In this document: positions 9,365-19,123 of the stretch, one piece after another | How positions within the stretch are numbered: the first letter of the stretch is position 1 | Layout: each line of letters starts with the position of its first letter | DNA from: a virus | Virus record (IMG/VR): IMGVR_UViG_3300035698_012408 | DNA length: 64,000 nt | Reading direction: 5' to 3' (one strand) | Notes under the pieces: model-generated | Databases searched by the model: none | Told to the model about the DNA's origin: nothing | The model's input: only the letters and a program-made list of their open reading frames with translations | Made by a program: the position numbers and the translations under genes

Positions 9365-9796
9365 CTACGCCGCGGGCTGTTGCTGCTGTTGTGCCGCGTG
9401 GGCATTGACAGCTTGCAGACTCAACACCGCGTGAGCGATAGTCGGGTCGAACGATGCTTGAGCGGCGGCCTGTTTGACCATTTGCGCGCTGGCGTCGAAC
9501 TTGGGCGTATCATAACCACGTGCTTGCAACTGCTGCTGGAGGTGGGCACTTGCACCAGCGAGCAACGGATTGCCGGCGGACGCTGTCTTTTCCACTTCCG
9601 TGTCGTGGGCCGACCGCAACTGGGCCGCCATCGACATCATTTCCATCGCCTCAGTTTCGTTTTGAGGACGAATTCCGTAGTCTTGAGCGAGCTTCTCAAA
9701 GAACACCGGAGCGTAAACCCGCTGATGCACGACGGCATACGCGGTTTCCGGGTCCATAACTTGAGGAGCACCCGCGTTTGGATTGTCTTGCGACAT
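9365..9796 (-). CDS. hypothetical helical protein downstream of the MCP
   Basis: 143-aa ORF, Ala/Gln-rich, with an ACGGAGA SD. No recognisable domain. Confidence 0.5.
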   Translation of the reverse strand: MSQDNPNAGAPQVMDPETAYAVVHQRVYAPVFFEKLAQDYGIRPQNETEAMEMMSMAAQLRSAHDTEVEKTASAGNPLLAGASAHLQQQLQARGYDTPKFDASAQMVKQAAAQASFDPTIAHAVLSLQAVNAHAAQQQQQPAA

Positions 9797-9837
9797 TGGG
9801 GAAATCTCCGTTACTTACGGGTAGTATGCGAATGAAA

Positions 9838-9866
9838 CCGGCCCGGCCCCGAAGGGCCGTAGCCGG
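9838..9866 (-). terminator. intrinsic terminator candidate just after the major capsid gene
   Basis: Minus strand reads CCGGC-TA-CGGCCC-TTCG-GGGCCG-G-GCCGG, an 11-bp GC stem with a UUCG tetraloop, followed by TTTCATTC. Confidence 0.5.
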
Positions 9867-9892
9867 ACAAAAATCTTCACTACCAACAACGC

Positions 9893-10822
9893 TTACGCGA
9901 AGTCGGCTCGGGCGATGCCACCGGCGTGTCCGATACTTCCACCCATCGTCTGATAGGCGAAGAATTCGAGCATGTACGCTTCACGACGAATGTACATGGT
10001 CGTATCTTCTAGCAGATACGACTTACCGATGAACTTGGGATCGGCGAACATGAACATCGAGTCGTCGGGGACCAGATCGCGCTTGATCGTGATGATCCAA
10101 CGCATGTTCATGAAGTTGGCTTCAGCCCAACCGTTCTTGATGACGTCCTGGGAGAAATCTCCGCCCATTTCGTCACGTCCAAACTTCTCGATCTCCTTGA
10201 TCGTCACGTTGTTGATCAGGCACGTATGCGATTCGAGATGACTCGGACCGCGCGGCATGATCTTACGGGCGTCTTGGAGGGTCTCACGGGTGATGCCACC
10301 TTCAATGGTTTCCCACTGAACGACATTGCCGTTGTACGGCACCGGGACGTCCGGGCCGATCATCAAAGCGTTGCACGCAGAGATGAATTTCGAGTCTTCT
10401 TCGGCTAGCATATCTTTGATGCTATTATCCGAAAGGACCTGTCGAATGTCCATGACCCATGTGCGAAGCTCGTCCACGTCCTTGACGAATCGAGGCGTGA
10501 CAATGCGGTCGAACATTACGCGGTAACGAGGACCACGAATGTAGACATTGACAGGCAACGTCGCGAACGGAATCGAGATCGCAGCCGGGGAATCCGGCTC
10601 TTTGTCGACGACTTTGACAGGCTTGTCGGTGTCGACTTGCCGGTCCAACTCGTCGTTGGAAATCTGGAGGGGTGGAAGAATTCGGCGGAAGAAGCCGTCC
10701 TCACGCATCTTGGTTCGCGTGAAGTCGTTGACGGCGTCAATCGCTTGCTTCTCCATCCCGGGAGTTTGCAGTTGCTCAAACAGTGTCTCGTTGAGCAGCT
10801 GGGTATCAGTTTGGGTTGCCAT
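9893..10822 (-). CDS. major capsid protein, HK97-fold type
   Basis: About 309 aa. The C-terminus TTMYIRREAYMLEFFAYQTMGGSIGHAGGIARADFA is typical of HK97-like MCPs, and the position after scaffold/decoration candidates fits. ATG at 10822 has an ACGGAGG SD. The track ORF starts at 10858. Confidence 0.75.
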   Translation of the reverse strand: MATQTDTQLLNETLFEQLQTPGMEKQAIDAVNDFTRTKMREDGFFRRILPPLQISNDELDRQVDTDKPVKVVDKEPDSPAAISIPFATLPVNVYIRGPRYRVMFDRIVTPRFVKDVDELRTWVMDIRQVLSDNSIKDMLAEEDSKFISACNALMIGPDVPVPYNGNVVQWETIEGGITRETLQDARKIMPRGPSHLESHTCLINNVTIKEIEKFGRDEMGGDFSQDVIKNGWAEANFMNMRWIITIKRDLVPDDSMFMFADPKFIGKSYLLEDTTMYIRREAYMLEFFAYQTMGGSIGHAGGIARADFA

Positions 10823-10907
10823 CGTAGCAAACCTCCGTGTTTTCGGGATGTCAGCCAATCATGGCCGATTGATTACAATGTACGCTCTGCTTTCGGAAGA
10901 CCACCTG

Positions 10908-11492
10908 CTACTGCGCAGCAGCAGGAAGGTAAACCGGCCAGAACGCCAGCACGCTTACGCTATGCTCGTTCTGGAATTGACCACGGCTGACACAGCCACA
11001 CGCGGGATCGGTGTACTGTCGTACGACACCAGTCGAACCACCAGCACCATCACGGTCGTTGCAAAGCACGCCGCCGGTAGCCTGGACAGTGTTGCTGGCG
11101 AGAGCCGTCAGCAACTGGTTCGGAGCGTACGCCAAATTCGGCGCAGAATCGAACTCAGTCGATTCCAGCTCGTAGCCGCCAGTGGCGACTAGACCGGACA
11201 TGTTACCCGCCGGCGAGATCGGTTGCTGCATGAAAGCACCAGCAGCGGTCGTCGAGGGGTTACTGACATCGAAGTCAGTGTCGGCCTGAAGAAGGAAGAT
11301 CGGCATCTGAGCACCGGCGATACCCATCTCAAACTCACCGCTGGCATTCACGTGAACCACGCGACCACCGAAGGCTTGAAGGGTAACGGCTGCGGCCAGT
11401 TTTGCCGAGAAATCGAGAGCGCTCGGCTCGAACCATCCCTTGGGATGGCTGAGACAATGCTCGAACTGTAGGGAAGGGGATGCGCCTGGCAT
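10908..11492 (-). CDS. putative head decoration/accessory protein
   Basis: 194 aa, immediately upstream of the MCP, which is the usual slot for decoration proteins. ACGGAGGTG SD. No firm motif. Confidence 0.35.
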   Translation of the reverse strand: MPGASPSLQFEHCLSHPKGWFEPSALDFSAKLAAAVTLQAFGGRVVHVNASGEFEMGIAGAQMPIFLLQADTDFDVSNPSTTAAGAFMQQPISPAGNMSGLVATGGYELESTEFDSAPNLAYAPNQLLTALASNTVQATGGVLCNDRDGAGGSTGVVRQYTDPACGCVSRGQFQNEHSVSVLAFWPVYLPAAAQ

Positions 11493-11575
11493 CTTAGCAC
11501 CTCCGTATGCTTGAAAAATGACCTATCGTAGGTCGTGATGTTACAAAAAACGCTGCGTCTCCTGCTTGTTGTCGC

Positions 11576-12031
11576 CTATTCCGCCGGTTGAGCCAAGCCC
11601 AATCCACTAAATAGTTTTGACGACGACTGCTTCACACGTGTCGTCCGAGCCCCAACATTGGGATCGGTCAACGAGTTGTACTGCGGCTGATTTGCACCAG
11701 CCGTTTTCGTCTGGGCATTCGGATCAACGCCGGAACCCAGTCGCGACAGCTCTTCAGGATTGCGGTGGCCGGCGACCTTCATCAACAGTTCAAGAACTTT
11801 GACGGGGTCTTGGCACATGGCCGCGAGCTTCTCGCGTTGAGTCGGCATGATTCGTTCATGCTCGACCATGACTTTGCAAACTTCGGGAATCATTTGATCC
11901 ACCTGAGCTTGCTTCTCACTTCGAGCTACCTCAGCTGCCGCTGCCTTTTCCAGTGCCGCAGACGTCACTGTGACGTGCTGAATCACCTTCTCCGGGAGCG
12001 TCAGTTCGGGAGCTTGGTTAGTATCGCTCAT
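11576..12031 (-). CDS. putative scaffolding protein
   Basis: About 151 aa, helical and charged (EKAAAAEVARSEKQAQVDQMIPE), located in the head-assembly slot. ATG at 12031 has a GGAGGG SD. The track start is 12046. Confidence 0.45.
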   Translation of the reverse strand: MSDTNQAPELTLPEKVIQHVTVTSAALEKAAAAEVARSEKQAQVDQMIPEVCKVMVEHERIMPTQREKLAAMCQDPVKVLELLMKVAGHRNPEELSRLGSGVDPNAQTKTAGANQPQYNSLTDPNVGARTTRVKQSSSKLFSGLGLAQPAE

Positions 12032-12103
12032 TCTATAGCCCTCCACGACTATGGTTGCAGCTCCGAGCTGCTGGTTGGTGGTGAATAGAACGCACCTCGC
12101 TGC

Positions 12104-13657
12104 TTAGCCCTGATAATTCATCAGTTCAAGCAAGTGTGCCTTCATTTTTTCGCGAAGTAGCCGCTCAGGCGAACCATCCGCGGCTTCCTTCTGACGATAA
12201 CGACCGGACATCTGGAATGCCTTAGCCGCACTTGCGAGCTTCATACCTTCGCTCATGGGAGGCATGGCACCTTCGGGAGGCATTCCGCCGCCGGGAGGCA
12301 TTCCGCCACCTTCGGGGGGCATTCCACCTTCGGGAGGCATGGCACCTTCGGGAGGCATTCCGCCACCGGGAGGCATTCCGCCACCTTCGGGAGGCAGCCC
12401 CATGCCCTCTTCGGGCGGAGGGCCAGCTTGCGCGAGGGCTTCGATCGGAATACCAAGCTCTTCAAGAGCTGCAATCAGCTCCATGATAGCTTCTTCTTCG
12501 GACGGACCACCGAGGCCTCCGCCACCCATCTCGCCGCCACCCATCTCGCCGCCGCCACCCATCATCGGGTCGCCGCCGCCACCTCCCATGATACCGCCGG
12601 GATCGCCGCCGCCACCAAGGAGTTCGCCGAGACTTCCGCCACCTTCACCGCCACCCTCAGCGGGCATTGGTCCACCACCGCCATCGGCGCCTTCGGCATC
12701 CGACGCACCCGAACCGCTGTCGCCAGGATTGTTATTATCCTCGGCGTCAGCCATATCGGCCGCTTGCTTCTGGTGGAAGGCAGTGAGATAGCTGCCGAAC
12801 AGATCGGCATCGACGTTGGCGTCAGCGATAGTGTCATTGAGACACTCAGCAACACTGGATTGTGCCGCCGTCTTTTCGACGCCTAGATGCGTGGCCAGCT
12901 CGTAGCCAGCCTGAAGATCGGGATTGCCAGCGGCCATCCCAGCAGTGTTACCGGCCTTCACGGCGTCGGCAGCTTGCTTGATCATGATGTCGAGCTCACT
13001 CGCTTGCTTCTCCCCAGCCGGGGCTTGGCCCGACATCTGGGTCGAAGGCGCTGCGGGTGTATTCTCGCCAGCGGCCGACGGATTCAGGTTAGCGCTGGTG
13101 GCCTGAGCCTCGGCCAGTGCTTCCTTCGTCAGTTGACCACCGAGACCGTTGGTGAGGTCAGCAAGAATGCCGTTGGCCAGACCGTCACTGAGCGTTTTCA
13201 GCTCACTGACACTGGCGTTGGCATATTTGTGACCATCGAGAGAACTGTTGTCGGTGGCCGCGGGATGTGAAGTCCCGGGGTCATCCTTACCGGCTTTGTA
13301 GTCGTTCTCCACCGAAGGGTCTTCCCCGGTAGCAGACTGGGACGTGCCGATATTCAATTGAGCGTCATCCTGACGACCGTCCGTGTTATCGGGGGTCTGG
13401 TCGACGCCGGGTGTACCTTGATCGGCTTTCACGTCAGAAGCATTTTCGCCGGAGCGAGCCCCTTCAGTGGCCGATTGGCCCCGGTTATCGACACTCGTGG
13501 TCGGATGCGTGGACGAACCTTGGTAACCTCCCGGATCAGCAGGAGTAGGAGACTCGCCCTGCTTGACGCGGGCGGCCGCCTGCTTCTCCGTTTGGATTTC
13601 GTCCGCAAGCGAATGGAGAGCCGAAAATAAACGGCCCTGCTGAGCGTTAGCGGTCAT
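12104..13657 (-). CDS. low-complexity Met/Pro/Gly-repeat protein (scaffold/internal-protein candidate)
   Basis: 517 aa with GGMPPEGAMPPEGGMPPEGGGMPPGGGMPPEG repeats and a GDPMMGGGGEMGGGEMGGGG stretch. AAGGAG SD upstream. Confidence 0.6.
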   Translation of the reverse strand: MTANAQQGRLFSALHSLADEIQTEKQAAARVKQGESPTPADPGGYQGSSTHPTTSVDNRGQSATEGARSGENASDVKADQGTPGVDQTPDNTDGRQDDAQLNIGTSQSATGEDPSVENDYKAGKDDPGTSHPAATDNSSLDGHKYANASVSELKTLSDGLANGILADLTNGLGGQLTKEALAEAQATSANLNPSAAGENTPAAPSTQMSGQAPAGEKQASELDIMIKQAADAVKAGNTAGMAAGNPDLQAGYELATHLGVEKTAAQSSVAECLNDTIADANVDADLFGSYLTAFHQKQAADMADAEDNNNPGDSGSGASDAEGADGGGGPMPAEGGGEGGGSLGELLGGGGDPGGIMGGGGGDPMMGGGGEMGGGEMGGGGLGGPSEEEAIMELIAALEELGIPIEALAQAGPPPEEGMGLPPEGGGMPPGGGMPPEGAMPPEGGMPPEGGGMPPGGGMPPEGAMPPMSEGMKLASAAKAFQMSGRYRQKEAADGSPERLLREKMKAHLLELMNYQG

Positions 13658-13698
13658 AGTGTCAACTCCTTTGACGGTGAGGCGATCCCGTGTGTGAC

Positions 13699-15219
13699 CT
13701 AAACTGCATAATTTTGCAGGACGGCCAGGGACGCTGTCAACTCATAATTGGGATCTGCGTCTTGTACCGATCCGAGGAAGGCTAGCTTGTAGAGGCAATA
13801 CTCTTGGGCTAACTTTTCCGCTGGATCACAACGTGCTGAGGCAACCTTTTCACGTTCTACTGGGCTTCGTAAACTCGGTTGCTCCTGCGTCAACGCCGCC
13901 CGTGTAACTCTGTTATACACAGAATCGACACGTAACGACAAGTCCATTGCATGCTTCGCAGCCCAATTTGCGAAGATTGGCGGGGCAGCGGCCTCTGCTG
14001 GGACATACCCGCTGGACTGGATACGGTCTGGTAAATCACCGTTCTCCAGTAATCGAGTATACGCTCCTGGGAGCTCCCTGACTACCACCCCTGCTAATTC
14101 TGCTGCTTTTTCATGCCCGTGATCCGTAGCCACTTCAATGAAGCGATGCAGCGGAAGGCAGATTCTCTGGTCAGCCAGCGCTCGAAGCGCCAATGCAAAT
14201 TTCTCCCGGAACAGCGGGGGAAGCTCCAAAGCAGTGTCACCACCTTGGACGCTGGGCTCGAACGCTAAAACATTCGCAGTTTGACAACTGCAACGTCCAT
14301 TTGCAATGTCAGACTCAATGTCTGATAGCTCGTAGGCCAGCTTAATCATCTGCTGGACATTTGCCGGCTGACCGGCGTCCACCATCAACTCGTAGGGCAC
14401 TGTAATGCCCATTTGCTTCGCCAATTCAGCACTCTTGATGACCCCACAACCACGGGCTGCGGCAGCCTTCTCCAGTACCCCTGTGACGTACGCGATTCGA
14501 TCGGCCGGGCGAAAAACATGGCTAATATCAAAAAATACCGGACGCGGGTTATCCGCGTGCAGCTGATGGATACCGCCGCCGATTTCAACCAAAGCACCGA
14601 TATTACTCTTCAGGCCACCGGCTTTGCACATGCCACCTTCTTGTGGGCTGGCACAGTAATCCTCGACCCTGGGAGCCTTATTGCCGCAGTACGAACAGAC
14701 GTCGTGTGCGACCTTACAAGCCATCGAGACAGGAATTTCCCGTCCTGAGGCCAGTTTCTCCATCTCGCGATCGGCGATAAGTCCGCCGTTTCGCTTCGCA
14801 GCCGCATCGGTACTATACAACGCTGCCACAAGTTCAATACGCTTCATGGGCTCATGAAACGCTGACTTGACCAGCCGACCGTACGACTTCTTCTTGTCTT
14901 TGTTTTTGTGGTTTCGGAAGAAACAAGCGTGCTTCACGAACGACGGATGATGATTTCGACACGTTTCGCGCCTGAAGCCGTCTCCGTTGCGGTTCGCCCC
15001 GTAGTCTTCCGTGGCCCCAACTGCTAGGAGATGCACCAGAACCTCGTCCTGAGCCGCCTTCTCCAGCAATTGATCTATTTCCTGCAACACCACAGACGAC
15101 GCCCGCTTTACGAGATCCGCCCTGTCCGCCCCGATGAGGCCGCGACTGGATCGCTTGATCATCGTGACGATTGGCTCATCAAACGTGAGTGAGTCTGGTG
15201 TTATTACTTTTACGTGCAT
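13699..15219 (-). CDS. hypothetical head-assembly protein, weak prohead-protease-like N-terminus, with a Cys cluster
   Basis: 506 aa. The N-terminal LAVGATEDYGANRNGDGFRRE...FRNHKNKD loosely resembles prohead-protease (S78-like) openers. Also has CKVAHDVCSYCGN...YCASPQEGGMC. The position between portal candidate and scaffold fits. Confidence 0.3.
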   Translation of the reverse strand: MHVKVITPDSLTFDEPIVTMIKRSSRGLIGADRADLVKRASSVVLQEIDQLLEKAAQDEVLVHLLAVGATEDYGANRNGDGFRRETCRNHHPSFVKHACFFRNHKNKDKKKSYGRLVKSAFHEPMKRIELVAALYSTDAAAKRNGGLIADREMEKLASGREIPVSMACKVAHDVCSYCGNKAPRVEDYCASPQEGGMCKAGGLKSNIGALVEIGGGIHQLHADNPRPVFFDISHVFRPADRIAYVTGVLEKAAAARGCGVIKSAELAKQMGITVPYELMVDAGQPANVQQMIKLAYELSDIESDIANGRCSCQTANVLAFEPSVQGGDTALELPPLFREKFALALRALADQRICLPLHRFIEVATDHGHEKAAELAGVVVRELPGAYTRLLENGDLPDRIQSSGYVPAEAAAPPIFANWAAKHAMDLSLRVDSVYNRVTRAALTQEQPSLRSPVEREKVASARCDPAEKLAQEYCLYKLAFLGSVQDADPNYELTASLAVLQNYAV

Positions 15220-15220
15220 A

Positions 15221-16498
15221 TTACGGGCCTCCGCCAGGGGGTGTGCCGTTGAGCGATTGAATACCTTGAGCTGGGCTTGGATTTGGCCGCCCCCACTGTG
15301 TCAGTGTCGAGCCAATAAGTCCAAGAACGCTACCGGTCCGTTTACCGGCTTTCCCCGGCGTATGCGGCACTGGTGCAGGCGTATTTCGCTTACGTGACTG
15401 CGTTACCTGCTCCTGCAACAGTTTCATCTGTGGCTCAGTGAGTTTCTCTCCTTTGAACATATCATGCTTACCGGTGCGCGGATGCGTAATTGTCTTCGTA
15501 CCACCAAACTCTTTGCCGCCCACCCACGGAATATTCTGCGGTACCGTGACCGTTTTGCCACCCACCTTGGGAACCCACTGAGGTACTGTAAACGATTTTC
15601 CGCCCAACGGCATCTTATTCGGCATCGTGAATCGCGGACCTGTGGTGGTTTTAGCGGGTAAAGGTGCCTTCTTTACCCATTGCTCTCTGAGTTTTTTGTC
15701 GATGACACTTTGAGAGCCTTCCTCCAACAACACGTCACGAGCCTCGGCTGGCCCCATCGGTGCATCCATACGCGCATTGTGGGCTTTTGCCGCACGCCAA
15801 TTCCTGATCTTGGCGATTGGCTTGTCTATGCCAAAATGCCCGGCAGCTCCGCCAGCCCCCGTCATGCCGGCACCTCGCACAAGCGTGTTCAGGTTCGTGG
15901 CATCCTGAAAAGTGTAGGTACCAAACTGTTTACCCATGTCAATCACATCACCACGCTCAAACGCATCATTGAACAAAGCCTGCCGGGCCCCGGCGTTATG
16001 ATGCTTCTGCGTAGCTTGACCCGAACCCTGTAGGCCAAGTACCTGCGATAAACGCCCAGTCTCCGCAATGTCCTTCTGCGTTGTAGCATCCGTGAATGGT
16101 AGGCCGGTAAGGGGATCTGGTTGCCCATCAGCCGATAGCTGAACCCTACCCAGCCTATAATGGTAATCCGCCACGTTTTTATTAAGCGGAGTGTCCGTCG
16201 GTGCTTTCATATTAGCGATCGCACCACCCGCGGCGCCGAGACCGCCACCAAGCGTCGCACCCATCAGTGCATTACGCAACCATCGCTTCTTCTTCCGCTT
16301 GCTCATGATGGTGGCCAGCAGCCCGCCGCCAAGGCCTACACCTGCACCCATCATTGCCATATTTGGCGTGCTGGTCCAGTCGATCGCTGCTTTGGTCATG
16401 TCCGCCGCAGGCTTACACGCGCCAAGCTGCGCACGGACAGCTACCAATTCGGCAGCTTTCTCCAGCGTCAGCTCCGCAGGATTAAATGACTGATCCAT
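15221..16498 (-). CDS. membrane-segment (glycine-zipper) protein
   Basis: 425 aa. Hydrophobic Gly-rich segments MMGAGVGLGGGLLATIM and LMGATLGGGLGAAGGAIA are separated by KRKKKRW. Confidence 0.55.
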   Translation of the reverse strand: MDQSFNPAELTLEKAAELVAVRAQLGACKPAADMTKAAIDWTSTPNMAMMGAGVGLGGGLLATIMSKRKKKRWLRNALMGATLGGGLGAAGGAIANMKAPTDTPLNKNVADYHYRLGRVQLSADGQPDPLTGLPFTDATTQKDIAETGRLSQVLGLQGSGQATQKHHNAGARQALFNDAFERGDVIDMGKQFGTYTFQDATNLNTLVRGAGMTGAGGAAGHFGIDKPIAKIRNWRAAKAHNARMDAPMGPAEARDVLLEEGSQSVIDKKLREQWVKKAPLPAKTTTGPRFTMPNKMPLGGKSFTVPQWVPKVGGKTVTVPQNIPWVGGKEFGGTKTITHPRTGKHDMFKGEKLTEPQMKLLQEQVTQSRKRNTPAPVPHTPGKAGKRTGSVLGLIGSTLTQWGRPNPSPAQGIQSLNGTPPGGGP

Positions 16499-17885
16499 CT
16501 GGCGACACTCCGTTTATTTGCGGTTGTGGGCGAGCCTGTTGTCGCATCTTGCCTTCCATGTCGACAAGCTGATCGACCTCGAACTGATCGAACTGTCCTT
16601 GTTGCAACTGCTTTCGCAGCAACGCCTGAATGGTCAGCCGCTTATCCGCGGCCGACGGCGTCAACTGCACGATGTTGTTGTAAGCCGTTGATACTTCCTC
16701 GGGTTCATACCCGCTGATCACCGGATCATTCAAGATCATGTCTTGCAACATGGCCTGACTGTTGATACGACGAAGCTGGTCCTCATGGCCTGGATCAGAT
16801 AACTGATCCAGCGTCCGCTGCACCATTTTATCTTCTTCCGGGCCTTTCAACCCTTTCACCGTATCACCTGCCAACCCTTTTATCAAGGCCATTGACCCCA
16901 TGAGTCCTAACGGTCCCGCCGAAACCTTGTCCATCATGTCAGTCGAGGATAGTTCCAAGACTGAAGGACTTACGGCGGTACGTACGAAAGGGCGGAGCAG
17001 GACCCCGGCCTGTTTCTCTGCATCTGCATGCTTCTCTTGCCACTGATGCTTGAGCTCGTTGTACGTTGCTGCTTGTGACAGCAGCAGAGCGATCTGCGGG
17101 AACGGCTCTTCCGTGGCATCCAGCTCGGTCACCGCCGCGAACTTCGCACGTCCAGTGGTGCCGAGAAGTGACTTGCCAATTCGGTGATTGGCCAGCTTCG
17201 ACAACGAAGGTGTGACCTTCACGATCTCGTCCATAATGTGCTCACCATAATCGCCGTGAAGCAGCATAACCGCTTCCTTCACTACCGGGATCGGCTTGGC
17301 ATCCGGTCGACGGAAATAATCGGTCAACCCGACGAACGTCCCGGACATATCGTCGAAAGCACTGGCCTGCTTCCGGCGGGCTTCGGCAACATCGCGATTC
17401 AGCCGATCCACGTCGGATGCAGCCTTGCGTATCGCAGTCGCGGGGTCTTGTGGGTAGGCGTCCGGCTTCGTGATTGGCTGGCCGGCAAGCGTGCCCCAGT
17501 CCTCCACACCGCTACGCTTCTCTCGCGAACCCAGCCTATCGAGCATGGGCCGTGGCGAGAAACTGTACTCCGGCGAGACTTCCGTGCTGATGGCCGCAGC
17601 CGTCTTCACGTTGTCCGGGTACATCAGATCGAGCACGGCAGCCAGATCCGCCAACTCAAACTCCGCCGATTTCTCGAACGCGCCTTCGCCTTCGGTACGC
17701 TGTCGCGACGTTTGGCCGGTATTGTACGCGTGGACGACGAGCTTGACCTCGCCAGGGGCCACACCAGTCGCCTGGGCTGCTTTCACGATAGCGTCGTTGG
17801 GGCACAAACCATTATTGACATTGTCACTTGTCTGGTTGATGCAATCCATCAGCTTTCGCTCAGTTTTTGGAGTTAGCTTTTTCAT
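16482..17885 (-). CDS. hypothetical protein (head-module region)
   Basis: 467-aa ORF with an ATGA overlap to the upstream gene. No recognisable domain. Confidence 0.55.
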   Translation of the reverse strand: MKKLTPKTERKLMDCINQTSDNVNNGLCPNDAIVKAAQATGVAPGEVKLVVHAYNTGQTSRQRTEGEGAFEKSAEFELADLAAVLDLMYPDNVKTAAAISTEVSPEYSFSPRPMLDRLGSREKRSGVEDWGTLAGQPITKPDAYPQDPATAIRKAASDVDRLNRDVAEARRKQASAFDDMSGTFVGLTDYFRRPDAKPIPVVKEAVMLLHGDYGEHIMDEIVKVTPSLSKLANHRIGKSLLGTTGRAKFAAVTELDATEEPFPQIALLLSQAATYNELKHQWQEKHADAEKQAGVLLRPFVRTAVSPSVLELSSTDMMDKVSAGPLGLMGSMALIKGLAGDTVKGLKGPEEDKMVQRTLDQLSDPGHEDQLRRINSQAMLQDMILNDPVISGYEPEEVSTAYNNIVQLTPSAADKRLTIQALLRKQLQQGQFDQFEVDQLVDMEGKMRQQARPQPQINGVSPDGSVI

Positions 17886-18865
17886 TTATCCGCCTCGATC
17901 AGTTGAGTTGCCTCGGTGACTGGGAACGACAGAGCAACAAGCGTTGCCGCGTTTGCGATAGGCTGCCGCACGGAGACTCGCATTGTCTCCTCATACGTCA
18001 GCTCGATCGCGCTCTGTTCGTAAGCTGCCAACGGTCCACGGTCGAGTGCCACTTGATCGTTACGTGGATCGCGACCGCCGATGTTAAACGGCAGGCATGT
18101 CATCATCGCTTGAATATGGTCCAGGACAGCAGCTTGCGCCTTTCCGGCGGTATCCGTGTTCCGTTCCACCTCTACGAATTTCGTAAACTGTTCCATGATA
18201 GCCAGTTGCGTGTGCTGGTTCACTGGAACAGTCTTGGCTGCTATGGACGCTTTCAACTTCAACGTCCCTACGGCGTCATCGAGCACGGTGGACCCAACAG
18301 CGTCTGGCGTGTTGCACCATGTCGGAGACGAGAACTTGCTTTCCATCGCGTCAAGCATGCACGGGCCCAGGAAGTATCCATAGAGTTTCCAAAGCAGGTC
18401 GAACTCCCGCTCTGATAATCCCCGATGAATGGCTGGGCCCATGATGCAGTTCAACACGTATTTCGGATGCACGAGCTTCTCCCGTGCATTGAAGAACACT
18501 GATTCGTATGCCTCAACAACCGTCGGCGGCAACCCGCAACGATAACCAATTTCAAAATCAGTTTCGCGAGCCAGGATATGTGCCTCGATCGAGAACTTCT
18601 GCGGGTTGACAGCACTGTCGTAAGCCCAGTGGGCCCAGAAGATGTCTGGTGTCGACTCCGCCAGCAGCATCTTCTGCCGATCGTTGCGGCACGCGTCGAA
18701 CTGCTCCAGGTACCGCACTGCCCGACTGATCCATTTGTACCCCATGATGCCATCACGTCGCCGCGTGGCATTCAGTCCCATCCCATCCACGATCTCGCGA
18801 GCGCGTTGCCACCGCCAGTCAGCAGGGCGGAATGGGTTGTCAGCACAAATATGAATCGACGACAT
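17882..18865 (-). CDS. hypothetical protein
   Basis: 327-aa ORF, tightly packed in the same-strand operon. No recognisable domain. Confidence 0.55.
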   Translation of the reverse strand: MSSIHICADNPFRPADWRWQRAREIVDGMGLNATRRRDGIMGYKWISRAVRYLEQFDACRNDRQKMLLAESTPDIFWAHWAYDSAVNPQKFSIEAHILARETDFEIGYRCGLPPTVVEAYESVFFNAREKLVHPKYVLNCIMGPAIHRGLSEREFDLLWKLYGYFLGPCMLDAMESKFSSPTWCNTPDAVGSTVLDDAVGTLKLKASIAAKTVPVNQHTQLAIMEQFTKFVEVERNTDTAGKAQAAVLDHIQAMMTCLPFNIGGRDPRNDQVALDRGPLAAYEQSAIELTYEETMRVSVRQPIANAATLVALSFPVTEATQLIEADK

Positions 18866-19123
18866 CTATTGCTCCGGTCCATCTATATCAATTGATCGCT
18901 GCCGTGACGGGAACACCGGATAGTCACCCTCGGGGACACCCGCACCGTCAACATCCACCTGTGACGCAAAACACGTAAGCGTCATTTTCGGTGACATGTC
19001 TCCTGCGTTCATAGTGATCTGGACTGCCGTAACCATCTCGACGACTTGTCCAGTCTCTATGTCGAAGACAGCAACATCTACGTCGCCATCCTTCAGCTGC
19101 TTAAAGCGAAAACCCAACTTCAT
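18866..19123 (-). CDS. small hypothetical protein
   Basis: 85-aa ORF with a TAATG junction to the upstream gene. Confidence 0.45.
   Translation of the reverse strand: MKLGFRFKQLKDGDVDVAVFDIETGQVVEMVTAVQITMNAGDMSPKMTLTCFASQVDVDGAGVPEGDYPVFPSRQRSIDIDGPEQ

Noticed and set aside
11520-11534. A small hairpin GACCTA-CGA-TAGGTC followed by ATTTTTC, between the scaffold and decoration candidates.
   Set aside because: The stem is only 6 bp and AT-containing, too weak to call a terminator with confidence. Noted but not listed as a feature.
12255-12791. A plus-strand ORF with striking GGIPPPGG/PPPP repeats.
   Set aside because: It is the antisense reading of the minus-strand Met/Pro/Gly-repeat gene. 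GGN/CCN-rich repeats read as Gly/Pro on both strands. The minus frame has the SD, the start and a non-repetitive N-terminal two-thirds.
14530-14565. A hairpin (ACGCGG-ATAAC-CCGCGT) followed, after CCGGTA, by a T6 run on the minus strand, which resembles a terminator.
   Set aside because: It lies in the middle of the 506-aa ORF (…DNPRPVFFDISHVF…) with an intact reading frame on both sides. It is most likely coincidental or at most a pause site.
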